64,000 nucleotides of DNA, from positions 17,794,001 to 17,858,000 of the forward strand of contig NC_087247.1 of the NCBI RefSeq assembly GCF_037042905.1. Reading direction: 5' to 3'. The DNA is from Lytechinus pictus (Eukaryota). The notes beneath the pieces were generated by a model. The model saw nothing but the letters and a program-made list of their open reading frames with translations, made no database searches and was not told the origin of the DNA. Of the stretch, positions 1 to 14,495 are shown in pieces. How positions within the stretch are numbered: position 1 is the first letter of the stretch; every line of letters starts with the position of its first letter. The translations under genes and the position numbers were made by a program.

Positions 1-365
1 GGTTCACTGTGTTCAAATTGTAACTTTTGCCGGATTTTTTGTACAAATTGAAAATTATACATTTTTGAAAACATCATGGTATGAGCTATCAGAAAAAACA
101 ATGTTTTCATTTGCACCGACCCCTATAAATTTGGCCGCCATCTTGGATTTTTCAAAATGGCCGCCGTGAAAGGGGTTTTAGGCAATACCTCGGCTTCTAA
201 ATAACCTAGAATCATAATTTTTGCATCTAAACCACCATTTCTGAGGTCAAGGAATCTACTGTTATCAGAATAATCAACCCTTTTTGAGAGAAAATAACAT
301 TTTAATTCAATTTTCTGTCTTTTTCTATGATATACCAGACTCAATATATATATAAAAAAATAGAA

Positions 366-402
<37 letters not shown>

Positions 403-1118
403 AGCGGGTGGATGTATGTGTGTGTATTACAAAACATTAATTCTTATCCAAGCTAATTTATCTGAGTTGACCTTTGACCTTGGGCCATTCAGTACCCCCA
501 AATACTATATCTAATTTTTGATATCTGTCTACAACCTTATTCACAACCTTAACCTTGGTTAAGATTTGTCAATGTTGATGCCACAACTTAATCAAAGTTC
601 ATGGACCCTTAATGACCTATGAGGCTATGACCTTGAGTATGTTAACTGAAACTCATGTCAGATGACCAGTGATACGTGATTACCCTAATGTCTAAGTTTC
701 ATGAAATTGACCTTAACTGACCATTTGACCGTGATCATGTATTGAAGTGCATGTTAATGATTAACGGAAACATTTACGACATCCTGGTGTAACATTAACC
801 TTACTGAAAAGTAAAGTTTGGGTCACATGATTTGACATTTAACATAAGTTTGAGTCTGGTAATTCACAGAAAAGACAGAAAATTGAATTAAAATGATAAG
901 TTCTCAAAACTTATGATTCTAGGTTATTTAGAAGCCGAGATATTGCCGAAAACCCCTTTCACGACGGCCATATTGAAAACTCCAAGATGGTGGCCATATA
1001 GGGATCGCTGGTAATGAAAACATTGTTTTTCTGATAGCTCATACCATAACGTTTCCAAAAATGGAAAGTTTTAAATTTCTCCAAAAACATCCGGCGAAAT
1101 TACACAGTGAAACCTACT
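1..1118. mobile_element. Non-autonomous inverted-repeat element with nested repeat fragments
   Basis: 1-~330 is the reverse complement of ~865-1114 (e.g. CGGCTTCTAAATAACCTAGAATCATAA / TTATGATTCTAGGTTATTTAGAAGCCG). The centre holds a (TA)n(TG)n microsatellite and TGACC-rich pieces related to 60264-61292. Confidence 0.8.
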
Positions 1119-1734
1119 ACATATATATTGAGCTAGTCCAGTGTAAAGATTCATCGGTTCATCTTCTGAATAGTCTATCTAAAAAGCAAGTACTGTCCCA
1201 CGAAATGAAATATATATGACAATCATCATGCTCTGTTTAAAAATGACTCTGAAGATATTGTAAATTTTATCGCCCTTGCATGCTCCGATAGTGTCCTTCT
1301 CTCCTCCTTGTCGTCTCTCCCCCACCCCTCCTCCCCCTCTCTCTCTCTTCCCCCATACCCCCCTCTCTCTCTCTCCGCCAAGGCCCAATAATAATAATTA
1401 CGTGTGAATCTCAGTATATTAGTTCAGTAATGGAACACCAATCAAATAAAAGTATCAAATATCGCATTGCTGGTAATAATGAGTATTCAAGCGGAGAAAA
1501 TAAACCGTGTTTCTTATAACAAGACTGTGCACTTGAAAATCAACAAAGAGCACTATATCTATTAAACAAAAAATATCATACGCATTGTGATTTTACAAAA
1601 TAGCAGTTTTTAAGTATAATTTGAAGGTATGTCATGAAGTAGTAGTAATAGTAGTAGCAAGTAGTAAATTTGGACAAGTTACAAGGACAGTCAGTGAACC
1701 AGTATGTAAAAAAATCCAATATGGCTTTCAAATT

Positions 1735-2378
1735 TCATTACATTTTGTTTGCAAAAGGGGTTAGATCCACAGAGCAATTTTTTTGGAAAAGAATATTTAA
1801 AAAAAATATGAAGACAGGTAGATTTCTTTTATATCCAATTTTATGTTCACGTGGTAGGGTATCATGAAAATTTAGTTTCGCATAAGAATATTGCAATATG
1901 GGAGAATGAAAGAAATTATTTTCTTGGAGTGGATCTAACCCCTTTTGCAAACAAACTCTTCCGAATAGCTCATTTGTCAAAGGGGTTAGATCCATTTTTC
2001 ATAAATTTTATTGATTTTTTGCCTCAAAACCTATAGATTTTAGTCGCTCTGATGTTACCAAAGGACATTTGAAATTCCCATAAAAACGAGAATAAAGCGG
2101 CAAAGAATAATCAATTTTTAATTCAAAAGGGATTGGATCCATTTCAGTTTGCTTGCAAAAGGGATTAGATCCACAATGGTAATTTTTTGAAAAAATATTT
2201 TAAAAAAATGAAGACAGGTAGATTTCTTTTATACCGAATTTTATGTTCACACGGGAGGGTAGTACTTCATGACAATTTAGTTTCTCATAAGAATATTGCA
2301 ATATGGGAGAATTAAAAACATGATTTTTCTCGGAATGGTCGAAAGGGGATCTAACCCCTTTTACAACCAAACTCTTCA
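1735..2378 (+). repeat. Dispersed repeat/MITE with internal duplications (copy 1)
   Basis: Repeated AAAAGGGGTTAGATCCA and its inverse TGGATCTAACCCCTTTT. Colinear with 54657-55431. Confidence 0.85.
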
Positions 2379-3225
2379 TATGTATTCAGCAATCGTACTC
2401 TGCAACGTGGATAATCCCTTTCAAGCTCCTTGTAGCTTTTTTATTTTTCCCATATTTCTCTTTTAACATAAGTTTTATAATTTCAAATTCATATATCTCT
2501 TCACTACAGGGGTGCGTCTAGGATTTTCCAAAGGGGGGGGCACATTTTTCGGAGAAAAAATTTGACAAAAAAAGGTCTTCATTTTCAAAAGAGGGAACAC
2601 ACCTCTGTTTTAATCGCATTTTTACATTACAAATTTTTATTTTGCTTCTCAAAAGGGGAGGGGGTGGGCCACGGGTCGGCTGTGCCCCCCCCCCCCCTGG
2701 ATCCGCCAGTACTTCACTTTATATTATTGATTCAATTATTATGCTTTTATTGCTTGAATGTATGTATTTTGTATTGTTTTTATCGTGAGAAATAAAATCT
2801 ATCAATCAATCATAGATTGCTGACGAATCAATCGGATACATTATGTTTTCAACCCTCGGTATAAAAAATATGGCATAGACCACAATTTCTGAAATACAGT
2901 CACCCATAGAAATAGTTAAGTAGAACCGCTACATCACGGCGCTTCCTAAAATTAACCTAAAATGCCTAAAACACTTTTTCTGGACCTGACTTTATAGCCG
3001 ATCGGCGCTCCCCAAAGTTCCTTTGAATAATTTGCAATTTTTTAATGTTTGTTGGTAAATCATGCCTACATTTTTGTTCAAAGGAGAATATGTGTAGCAA
3101 TGTGTCTGATTCTGATACACAAGTATTTGAATTTGGTAAGGAATCGACATAATTATATTCATCAGACCTTCAATTAAATCATGTTGCATGTTCATTATGT
3201 TTAAACAATTATCAATGATCCATTT

Positions 3226-3866
3226 GGGCAGTTCCACGGTTACGGAGTGACATTCAGAAACAAGGTTTTAGCATTCAAACAAAGATATCACCCATATCTG
3301 AATAGTTATTTGCAAAGAAATGGTACCTGACAGTAGTTGCTGAAAACCCACTTTTCAAAATAATAACATTTGTTATCTTGATCCACTGAATTAATGAGAT
3401 ATGAATATTCATAATCATGGTTACGGAGTGACGTAAAATGGACATGCATATTTGAAGAGAAAACATATTGCTCAAACTCTGTGAACTATAAATGGCTATC
3501 AAAATGTTGAGTTATTGATTAGATTCTATGTTGTTCTAGCTTTAATATGCTGCATTACATTAAAAAAATGGTGTATTTGTTCAATCTTTACAACTTAAAA
3601 CATAAACCCATACCCGGTTACGGAGTGACATCTGAAATATTCACACACAGGCAACGTAAAATGAACTTATATTTTAAAATTTTCTTTTGATATGATGCAA
3701 AATGATGACCTTCAGATTTACCAAAAGAAAATTTTACAAAACAAGCAATAGTTTTCTGTTAAATTGAAATTAAGTAAAAAACAATATATGTAGTCCCAAG
3801 TATGGAATTTTTTGTATCGTTTGAATTCTCCTATGAGGAGCTGTGTAAGAAAAATAGGAATTGCCC
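3226..3866. mobile_element. Non-autonomous DNA element with 4-bp ATTT TSD (Sola-like)
   Basis: Termini GGGCAGTTCC ... GGAATTGCCC with ATTT on both flanks and three internal GGTTACGGAGTGAC motifs. The superfamily is inferred from the TSD only. Confidence 0.7.
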
Positions 3867-4897
3867 ATTTCTCTTTATATGAAAAATTAAAATGTTTTGT
3901 TGATTGTACTATAATATATATATATTTTTTTATTTTGGAGAGAAATAAAATATTACTTTAAGAAATAGAAAGTAAATATACAAAAATCAGGGTGTGGTAT
4001 TGAGAGGGTATGATGCGATCATTGATAATTGCACACATTCGTCTACCATGTTTGTACTATTGCTAATTTTATTTGAAGTTGTTACGTTTTTGCCTATTAA
4101 ATATGACTATTCTGGAGAGGGACGAGGATAGACTCTAACATCTGTGCTGTTCATGGTCCCATTTTACTAGCTTTTACCCTTTACTGTTCCGAAGCTGGAA
4201 CAATTAATTTTTCAGAGATCTTTGAACCGATAGAAATTACGTTTTTAGCATACTATCTATAAGTAATTTCCTTTGTATTACTATGCTTTGTGACTTGTAA
4301 AATTGTCGAAATTAGAAAGTTTAGGAATAAACAGCTCTGAACGAGAAACATATATTTTACTCAAACGCAATTTTGTCATACGTACCTACCCACTACCTTT
4401 CACTAGCCTACTCTATGACCGTTTTGAGGGAGTTGTTGCTCCTCCAAAGTCTTCAGGAAACTGGTACATTAAGGGTAAACTCATCGTGGCACTTATTTTT
4501 CAACATAAGAATGTTCATCAAAGAACACTTGGCCGATTCTACTTTCTTTCACTCAAGATTTGTATCGAAGTAATTTCTTTTTCTTGTTAAGGTTTAAATT
4601 ATAAAACGTATAGAAAGGTCAGCCCTCAATACGCCACGACACTGGTAGCTTTAACATAGTTATCAACAGCCAACAACACAACACTTTTGTTCGATAAATA
4701 ATGTTCGTTCCATTTCATTTCTATGTTCTTCGTGTTTAAGTGGAAGAATATATAAACCGCATTCCTGACTTTCTTTAGTTCTTGGGAAGCTACATGGCAT
4801 TTGCATCGTCTTTCAAAAGCATCATACGCATGATTGACATCCTTCGATTACAAGAAATTGTATGGAATTATGTATAAAAGGTAAATATAATAGCTCC

Positions 4898-7800
4898 ATG
4901 GTATAAGTTTGAATATAAAAGACGGCCCATTAGTGCCTTTAGCTCTCAGTCGATACTAATGTATCGACTATCTATATTTCACATGACTATGAGTATATGG
5001 TTTGTGATTATCTCAACTCCATGAACCCCACTGTAGAATCTCTATTTATTGAAATTAATATTCCTGGTAGCAAAAATATGATTATTAGTGTAGTTTATAG
5101 ACCCCAAACTCAAATACGAATGACTTTCTAACTTACCTTTCCGAAACAACAAATAATCCAGCTCTCGTTAATAAGGATGTAGTATTTATAGGTAATTTTT
5201 AGTGGAGCGTTTTGGCCCAGTGGATTAGTCTTCGGACTTTGAAACAGAGGGTCGTGGGTTCGAATCCCAGCCATTGCGTAATTTCCTTCAGCAAGAAACT
5301 GATCCACAGTGTGCTGCACTCAACCCAGGTGAGGTAAATGGGTACCGGTAGGAAGTAATTCCCTAAAAAGCTGTGTGCGCTATGAACGCCTAGCTTAGCC
5401 GGGTAATATAGGAGCGCCTTGAGCACCTAACAAGGTGGATATGTGCGCAATATAAATACCCTATATTATTATTATTATTATTATTATTAACAATGATTTA
5501 TTGAAACACAACAATATATCTCAAGATTTTATTGAAACTTTTTTTTTCGGCCTCCTTCTTGCCGCTGATTTCTAAACCTACTCGTGTAGTTATGAAACTG
5601 GTACAGTTATTGACAATATTTTCTGTAACATTCTCCCTCCTCCCGATTCTTCTATAATACTTTCTGACATAACGGACCATTTCCAGATTCTTACTCATTT
5701 TTCATTAAGACGACCAACTAGACCGATACACTCCCAACAACGAAGACGCAGACCTACGCACGAAAATACAGCCAGTTTAGTGCTTCTTTGGATAATGTCG
5801 ACTGGTCAGTTGTATACAATTCTGTAGATGTTAATTCGTCCTTTAACCTTTTTATGAATATAATTAATGAGAAATTAGACCTGCATATACCGTTAAAAAA
5901 GGACAAGCGTAGTACATATAAAACGATTACTAAGTCACCATAGATATCGCCATCTCGCTTACGTTCGATTAATAGAAAAATAACTTATTTCATAAATTCA
6001 AAATGAAAGGTACACAACAATCAAAAATAAAATAAACATCTTATAAGAATACACTCACTAAAATATTACGCATTGAAAAGAAAAATTACTTTGCTGGGCA
6101 GTTGGCTCTATATAAACACAACATGCAAATCACATGGAAGGTTCTAAAACAGACCATGAACTTATCCAATAATAAATCAAATATTTCCAAAATTAGATTT
6201 AATAATGCTATTGTTGATGATGGTGACAACCTTTCAAATATGTTTATTAACCATTTCTCTTCTATTGGCGCAAATCTGGCTAAAGATATTCCTCCCGCGA
6301 CAAAAAGTTTTCGGACTATCTCGGCCCGCCTAACCCAAATTCAATATTTTTTGATGAAATTAATAATTTCATCTTAAAATCCGTAATAAATTCTATTGTT
6401 TCCCCGTTGGTGCATGTATTCAATCTTTCCTTAGAAAATGGTTCAGTTTCAAATCAAATGAAGATAGCCAAGGTAATTCCTTTATTTAAAAAAGGTGACA
6501 AGTTTGATGTCGGTAATTTCCGACCTATTTCTCTTTTGTAAACATTTTCTAAGATCCTTGAAAGAATAGTATACGTTAGAACCGAAATTTTTTTGTCAAT
6601 GCATGATATTTTATCTGATGTTCAGTTTGGGTTTCGCGAAAAGCACAACTTCACTCATGCCCTGATGAATTGTGTCAACAAAGTAGTCAATGCTCTCGAC
6701 AAATCTAGTCACCTTGTGGGTATTTTCCTGGACTACTCCAAGGCCTTCGATACCATCAATCATGAAATCCTACTTAAAAAAATATTTCACTATGGTGTGC
6801 GAGGGAAGACCTTGGAGTGGTTCAGGAGCTACTTATTCAACAGACAACAATACGTGTTTGTTAAAGATCACAACTCCAATTTGAAATATGTCAACTGTGG
6901 TGTCCCTCAGGGCAGCTTATTGGGCCCGCTTCTTTTCACAATTTATATAAATGATTTCTGTAGATCTTCCAAAATCTTGTCCCTTATCTTGTTTGCAGAT
7001 GATTCGACCTTATTTTTTTCTCATCGGAATCCACAAACTTAGTTGATGTTATCAATTCTGAACTTATTAATGTTATTGAATGGATAAGAGCCAATCGATT
7101 ATGTTTGAACCTTAACAAAACAAAATACATGTTATTTAGTAATTCCATAGACAAGATACCGATGAACATTATGTTTGATAATACCCCTATTGAAATGGTA
7201 ACGTACACCAAATTTCTTGGAATATGCAGTTGACCGGAAACTTTCTTGGAAAAATCATATTGAAAATATATCCAAAATAATTTCACGAAATATAGGTATT
7301 ATTAATAGGCTAAAATTTTGCATTCCCTCCACATCATTAATCATGCTTTACTCATCCTTAATTTTGCCTTATTTAAACTACGGGATTTAATTCTTATTTG
7401 GGGTAATACCCATCAATATTTATTAGATAAATTGTTACTTTTGCAAAATAAAGCACTTTATTATTTATAGTACAGCTTTCCGTTCTCATACGGACCCACT
7501 TTTTCTAGAAAGTAAACTGTTAAAAGTCAAAGACCTGTATTTACTACAGTTAGGGCACTTCATGTATAGTTATAATAATAATGCACTTCCCCATATTTTT
7601 GATGCCATGTTCCCTAAAAATCAATTTTATCATAACTACCCCACGAGACAGTCTGACGAACTTCATACGCCACTTTACAGAACTTTACTGGCCAAAAATA
7701 CATTCCTATTCAACGGTCCTAAATTCTGGAATTCCCTATCTAACAATGTTAAAGACAGTGTCTCTTTAAATTCATTCAAACGTAAACTCAAACTTATCCT

Positions 7801-8425
7801 GCTTCATTCCTATAATTCTTCGCAACGGAACTAAGACTTCATTATCTTGATTATCATCCTTACATTTTTAATTTTTATTGTTTTATCTTTTTTCATCTTA
7901 TATTGTCCAGTTATATCATATTTTGTTACTTCACCAGATCAAGCTGGTTTGTGGTCAGCCCTTCCCCATTTTGACTTTTCCTCCTTTTAATTTTTTTAAA
8001 CTTATTTTGTTATCATGTCTTGTACTGTCCTGTCTCTTGTTTTGTCTTGTCTTCTATCTTTTGTCATTCCCTCTCTTTGCTTTTTCTTCTGTCTATTGCG
8101 CAACATATTCTTCACAGCGAAGTTCTGTAATCATGCTTACATCAATATGATTTCGACCTGTTTGTTCCTTCTCTTTTTTTCTTTCCTGTTTATAAACGCA
8201 TATATGAATAAGTCGATTATATTTTCTTCATTTTCAATGGGGATCCACACTTTACAAGCTTTGCTTTTAAGTGGACCCCCCTCATTTCCATTTATGCTCA
8301 ATATCATACTGTTTTTTGTTTTACGAAGTAAGAATGCTCGTCTGTAAAATTGTATTTGATTTGTATTACTTTATATTACTTTGTATTATGTTTTGAATGG
8401 AAATGGAATAAAGAATTTAATTGAA
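4898..8425 (+). mobile_element. Decayed CR1/L2-clade (Crack/Daphne-like) LINE, ORF2 and 3' UTR, 5'-truncated
   Basis: APE endonuclease motifs (VESLFIEI, VVYRP, FIGNF, KPTRV, IDNIF, SDITDHF) and RT motifs (QFGFR, FLDYSKAFDTINH, GVPQGSLLGPLLF, FADD). The C-terminus reads KFWNSL..SLNSFKRKLK. Several frameshifts and stops; AATAAA near 8407. Confidence 0.92.
5202..5489 (+). mobile_element. tRNA-derived SINE nested in the LINE
   Basis: A box TGGCCCAGTGG, B box GGTTCGAATCC, central domain ending GTAAATGGGTACC, and an (ATT)n tail. Near-identical to 51646-51921. Confidence 0.92.
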
Positions 8426-9555
8426 TGTCACCTCGGATATTTCCTTTTTGTGGAGTTCTATGAACATCATTTTACCATTTTTGCTGAACGACGACGAGGA
8501 TAATGATCGGTTTAAAAAATCCACTCATTCCTAGTTATTTTGCTAAGTTGCTACAGGTATTAAAAAATTGGTTCATTTATTTTTACAAACTGTGGTTCGG
8601 GCCAGATTTCAGGATGTTGTAAAGTGAACATTCATGTCGAAGTATTAACATTCGTCACCACTTGCGTACAGATGGGCTTGGGGTTATAGACCACAAATTT
8701 TTCACGACTAAGAAAAGAAGGAGGAAAACGAAAGAGAGGGAAAGAGAGAAGAGGGAAAGAGAGAAGGGTGAAATATGATATAATTTTCTGAATATTATAT
8801 CATTATGAGAAAGGTGGGATTTAATTCGATTCTCGTTGTTTGAGCTATTGAAACAAGGTCTACATGGCTGCAGATTGTTAGGTCTGTATTCGAATTCCAA
8901 CACGGAAGTAAGCAAAATAAGGGGTTTTCACAATTGCACAATTGCTCGTGCGATCGTTTGTGATCATTTAGTCCCAATATATGTTGCACAAAATCGTAAC
9001 GGTTGTAAGCAGTCGTACCACCAATTGTGAAAGGGGCTTAAAGTAAGCAAATAAACGTACCCTATACCTTAATTGTTGCACACATTGATCGTTAAGTTCT
9101 TAAATTCTTTTTTTTTTTTCAATTTGAGATCAGGGCCCCGGGAACGATTTTTGGCTAGGGGTGCTGAAGTAAATTTGTAAAGCAAAAAAAAAAAAAAGGG
9201 GGGGGGGGGGCTTCACGTTGGCACGTTGGTCGTTTTCCTTAAATTTTTCTCATTTGCCATACCTACCAGAATTCCTGGGGTGCTGCCTATGGATAATAAT
9301 ACACGCAGCACCCCCTGGGAAAATCTTGGGGTGCTACAGGGCCATGTTTGAGATACTCGCGTTTTAAAGGTATATATCATGATCATCCGGTGATTCAATC
9401 ACCAGTACCACTACCATCGTCTTTCTCACGGATTCGATTATATCTAGCAACCTCAAACGGCAATGTATCGAATCTGATGGTTAAAGGAAATGATCAGATG
9501 AACATTGAATAATCAGCTAAAATGAAATAATACGAATAAAACCTCTATCACTTAC

Positions 9556-10222
9556 TTCTGCTTATGGTAGCCATGTCCTGGACATCTTTCCGGATATCGA
9601 ACGGGTTAATCAATTCACTTTTAAAAGTATAATTCAGCTCCCTGAAGCTGCTAGCTATGGCGTTAGAGAAGACTGTCCATCGAGGGTGATCCAAGGCAAG
9701 GATTGAACAATGTGACCAACCAAACGCCTTCATCAACTCCGTGGTGGCTTTGGCAGAATCTCCAGACAAAAATCCTGTCCGTGTTACAGTTCTGTACCTG
9801 GATTTATCATTTAGTATGGACGATGATGAGAGGCCAGATATCAGAGGGAGGTTCCAGACCGCGGCAAGATCTGCCAGTCCCAGAGCTTGATCGCTGCAAG
9901 GTGGACCAATAAAACCAGCCAATTCCATTTCGGTATTCCAGAAAACCTCGGCGCCCAAGGCAGGAGTGGTCTGAGGATAAGGCTTACAAACAATGCTTCG
10001 ATGATCCACCTCGATGGAGAAATTTAAGTACACGCCTTGTTTCACCAAATCATTGATGTGATTAACCGCTAGATCCACCCCAGGTGCAATACTTGACTCG
10101 AGCAAATGGCGAAAGTGACCGTATATCGCAAGTAAATGCAACTTTGGGTTGGGTTGTAATGCCAAACATGGCGTAAGAATAAGTAATAAAAATGCATTTG
10201 TTAAACTCAACATCGTCTTCAT
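9556..10222 (-). CDS. Receptor guanylyl cyclase / natriuretic peptide receptor-like gene, first coding exon (signal peptide and ANF-receptor ligand-binding domain)
   Basis: ATG at 10222 (or 10213), followed by a hydrophobic signal peptide (NAFLLLILTPCLA). Motifs GFIGPPCS, LAAVWNLPLISG, DKSRYRTVTRT and FGWSHCSIL match the periplasmic-binding-protein-like ectodomain. It ends at an A|GTAAGT donor, phase 1. No downstream exon was recognised in 1-9555. Confidence 0.88.
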
Positions 10223-13200
10223 GAACAGATACACGCACGCAAAGAGAGATTGATAAAGAGCGTCATTACAAGTTGAATAGAAAGAATGTTGTTTTTTGTC
10301 TGAAACAGCTGCTATATGACATGTATGAAGAGTACGGTGTAGGAATTTGTGGCGCTTTTTAGAATGTTCGCGCGGATTTCATCCATGAGACTTCAATCAC
10401 ATCGTAACGGATGGAGCTGTGCGCTCTAATTAGTACATTAATTTGGTGGTGCAGTAGGAGTGGGTGGGCGTTCGTTGTGCCCCCCCCCCCCCCCGGGGGG
10501 GGGGGGGAGTCAAATGTATTGCTGTACACATGCGTTCGGTTCGGTGGGGAAAATGTGTAATAGAGAATAATGGTAGAATCTTGGGCTTCATATAAAATTC
10601 ATATAAAGTCAATAGATAAAAGCTATGAAAGAGAGAGAAAGGAGAGTGAGAAAAGGTCGGCTGGAGAGATTAATATATAGAGGGAGTGAAAAAGGATGAG
10701 AAAAGGGGCAAACAGAGACAACTTGAAGTGAGAATTGACGAGTAGACTGGTCCGTGCCCATGAACACAAAATAACAATGATTATATACATTCAAAATTGG
10801 AATTCATCGCAGATTGTGTTAAGAAGCTTTGATGGATACCGCAACAAAGATGAAAATGATAGGATGAAAGTGTAGCTAGGTATAGGGCGGTCATCCTATC
10901 AATTTTTCAAGCGATAATAATCGAAAAACATAAATGAGAAAAATGAAGAAAAAAATAAGAAGAAAACTGAAAGATTATTGAAAAGCGATGCTAGATAGTG
11001 TAACAAACCAACAATGATATTGAACATCCATATTTTCATTCAAAAATAAATCAAACTATCTTTGGATCACCCCCCCTCCCCCCTACAAGCAAAGTACCCT
11101 CATGGTGCCGCCCCTGGAAAGGGAAACGAAGATAGAAAATTGTAGTCCTAAATACGATATATTGTGGTTGATGCCAATATCGTATCTGACAACTATCTAC
11201 ATGTACGTGTTCAGAGCGATGAGCAGCGCCGAATTTAGCTCATAAAACAGAAAATATACACAGTAAGACTTAAATAAAAAAATCTTCATCTTATAACAAA
11301 TGCATTTATTTGCCTGGCTGCTCCGTGAAATCAATATCATAAAGTGTGACCATGGCACTGAAGTGATATCCTTCTGTTCGATTGGAATGAAAGGTTTTAT
11401 CAATACTAGATGTGAAACCGTCCTTGTATGTCCATTGCAGCAGGAGGGGCGTCGCCAGTGTTTTGTGATGATCGAGGAGGGGGGAGGGGCTCTATTACCC
11501 AAACGTATACGTTTTGTTTTTGTTGTAATAACTGAGGTTAACGATCGATTGATCTTTCAGTGTTTTTCGTTGTACCTTATATTCTCACTCTCTGTTAATA
11601 TTTAGAAAATATATTGGGGGTTCGTCACCCACCCCTGAAGTGTCATCCCCTGTGGAACATAGGATATGGTATTAATGCAAATTCGTGGCCGTCTTGATCA
11701 TTCCAAAGGAATATGTTGTTTTAAATCATATTTTTTATTATTATACATAACGTGTGAAAATAATGAATAACACAAAATCATTAACATGATTGAATCAGAA
11801 TTCATGCAAAACAATTTAAACTGAATATTACAAAAGTAAACTAAGAATCAATCTGCACGTACTTCTTTAACAATTTATAGGTTATAATTATAAGGTATAG
11901 TAATACAAAATAAAATCTTCTAGAAATTTTTTTGAAAATAATTATTATAAAACATACACATACTTAGGCTTATAATCTATAAATTTCAAGTTGAACATGA
12001 TCTCTTTTTCATGTACAATAGCATTAAACAAAAATAATTTGAGGAAGTTATGATAAAAAAAACACACACCCTCACACAAAATAAACACACCCTCCGCCGC
12101 ACTTCGCCCATTCCACCTCCACCCAACCCCCAAAAAACAAAGCGAATACGGGCCTATCGATTGCTGTCAGTTACAGAATCGATTCAATTCTTATCAGAGT
12201 CGTACGCATGGGCCGCGGAACAGTTTTCAAAGTGTGGGGGGGGGGGCAGACCATGCAAAAAAAAAACAATCATATGGTAATTTTTACGTTTCTGTACACG
12301 GTTTTGGAAAAAAAAGTGGGGGCTAAAGCCCCTGGTACGTCCATACCACTTTGGTGTAAATGATAAAACCATGTTTCTGTAGCTAGAATTGAGACTTAAT
12401 TTTATAAATTATACCACATATAACTGCGTATGTGATCATTATCCTAGCGTTATTCTGTGATTAGCCTGAAATAGGAGAAAACCTGGAAAAAGATCGGAGA
12501 GGTGGGAGCTGAGTAAATAGAGGGTATGTTTTCATGGCATAGGCCTACATTAATAATAAAAAAAAAACGAGTCACATTTTGCAACCTCCATTTAATGTAA
12601 CACCAAGAACTCATTTGGCAGTATTACTTTGCACATTTTGGACTCTTATTTAGATGCGATATGTCTAATGAGCCTTTATTGGACATAACACTGGGTGCAA
12701 ACAAGTTTGAAACGATGCGCCTGTGCACTCTGCTTTTGCTTTGTTTGATTTATCTTATTTTCTTTTACATTTTGAACTTTTGCAGAACTTTGGCGAATGT
12801 GATCGAAAAAGTACGTACATAAAAACATGACAACGAATGAAAGCCTTATTATCATTATTTTATCAAACATATTGTAATTGCCGGAGAAGAACGATCGTTT
12901 ATATGAAAAAGGAGTTTGCTTGAATGCATTTATACAGCCCTGTTACAACCGATAATGTCGCAGCAACGCATAATGTCACACCAACGCATAATGTCGCAGA
13001 TTGCGACATTTGCCACCTTTCGCAATCCTCACGGACGCTAATATTAGGGTCCCCCTAACACAAAAGTTGACGCTTAATCATACACTTGATTTTTAAGATT
13101 GATTGTACATTATAGTCAATAGAATCAAACGTAGAAAACTGCTCTACAATCAATGCTAAGATTTGTGTTACAGGGGGTTACGGGCCCTACAGACCTGCTT

Positions 13201-13650
13201 TTCGTGTGCAAAATTCTTTCCCGCGACACCCGCACCATACATGCATGTATTATGACTGATGGCTGGAGATATTTGAAATGCAGGACCTAAAATAGAATAT
13301 GACATGGATAAGAAAGTGGTTTTTCAAACAAATCGAGTACATATTGAGTGAGGAAAAAGTTACTGAATTAAGGCTTAGATATAGATCATTACAGTCCATC
13401 GAATCGATATTGCATTTAATGTGGACTATTGGTGGATGACTGGCAATTGATTCCATGGGTCAGATCACCTCTCCAGTCGAACCCATTTCGTATGCGTTGA
13501 TATGTACACAGCGTATGCAATACGTTTGAACATGTGGGTTTCTTTTGTTTCTTTTGTTTACTCCTTCTACACAAACGATACGCCTCTAGCACACGATGTA
13601 ATGGGCATTATGTTTTACTTTCCCCAGAAATGGGGGATTAGATTCAAATT

Positions 13651-13955
13651 CCGGGGGGACCACTTCCATTGATGAGTGGATACCAGGCACGACCATGGGG
13701 TTTCGAAAAGTAGACCTACCCTAAACAAGGGAAGCAAGTCTTTTCCAGATTATGAAAATGCATCTTTTAACAATTATTTGGCTTGTGAAACCCTACAAGT
13801 ATTGGAAATATATCCCTTTTTTCAGTATTTTAATCATCGTTTTTGACACCTTTATAACGTTACATAGGCCTATACGTAACGTACTTACCCACTCTTTCCC
13901 TTTTTACGCGTGGTTGCGCCTGGTATCCACTCTTCAATGGAAGTGGGCCCCCGGG
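13651..13955. mobile_element. MITE with CCGGGGG termini
   Basis: CCACTTCCATTGATGAGTGGATACCAGGC ... GCCTGGTATCCACTCTTCAATGGAAGTGG form inverted arms. Confidence 0.8.
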
Positions 13956-14495
13956 CGGCCTCTCGAGCTCTGGGAGGAACCAAATGTGGATTTGGAAAGT
14001 CGTCCTAAATCGGATATATCACTGTTACCATAGGAGTAACCAGAATTTTGCACACGAAACGCAAATTGAATGTTTCCGTTCCAGATGCGAAACGAAAAAA
14101 AAATCTCATGTCACACAATTTGCATTGCAGGACAGAGGTCTAAGACCATGAAGACGGGCCCAAAAGTCTCTTCCAAAATCAACTAACGTCGTAAATAAGC
14201 GTTCGCGTTCTTCCAACGAAAGGTTATGCCAAGTGCGTCCAACGCATAATGTCGCAGTCATCGCATAATGTCGTAGCTTTTCTACTAACGCATAATGTCG
14301 CAGCGATATTCGCTTCAGGACTCGAGTTAAATATAAGACATAAAATATGTTTTCACTGATTAATTTGTGCAAGCTCTGTCCTATGAACGTTTTGAAGAGC
14401 GTGTTGGTGGGGCAGGTGCGGATGCAGGGGAGGGGGTCAGTATCGAATTCATTGTCAGGAGAGAAGGGGGTGGACTTTGAAAAATTGTAATGTGT

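Noticed and set aside
5202-5275. tRNA-Gln(TTG)-like gene (also 51646, 52144, 32790-32854)
   Set aside because: These are SINE heads. They continue into SINE bodies and tails and lack a proper acceptor stem and terminator.
7878-8347. Hydrophobic ORFs resembling membrane proteins (also 23761-24084, 123-437)
   Set aside because: They derive from the T-rich LINE 3' UTR, pyrimidine tracts or microsatellites.
1-9555. Further guanylyl cyclase exons
   Set aside because: No segment with splice sites and family similarity could be recognised by eye. A short exon could have been missed.
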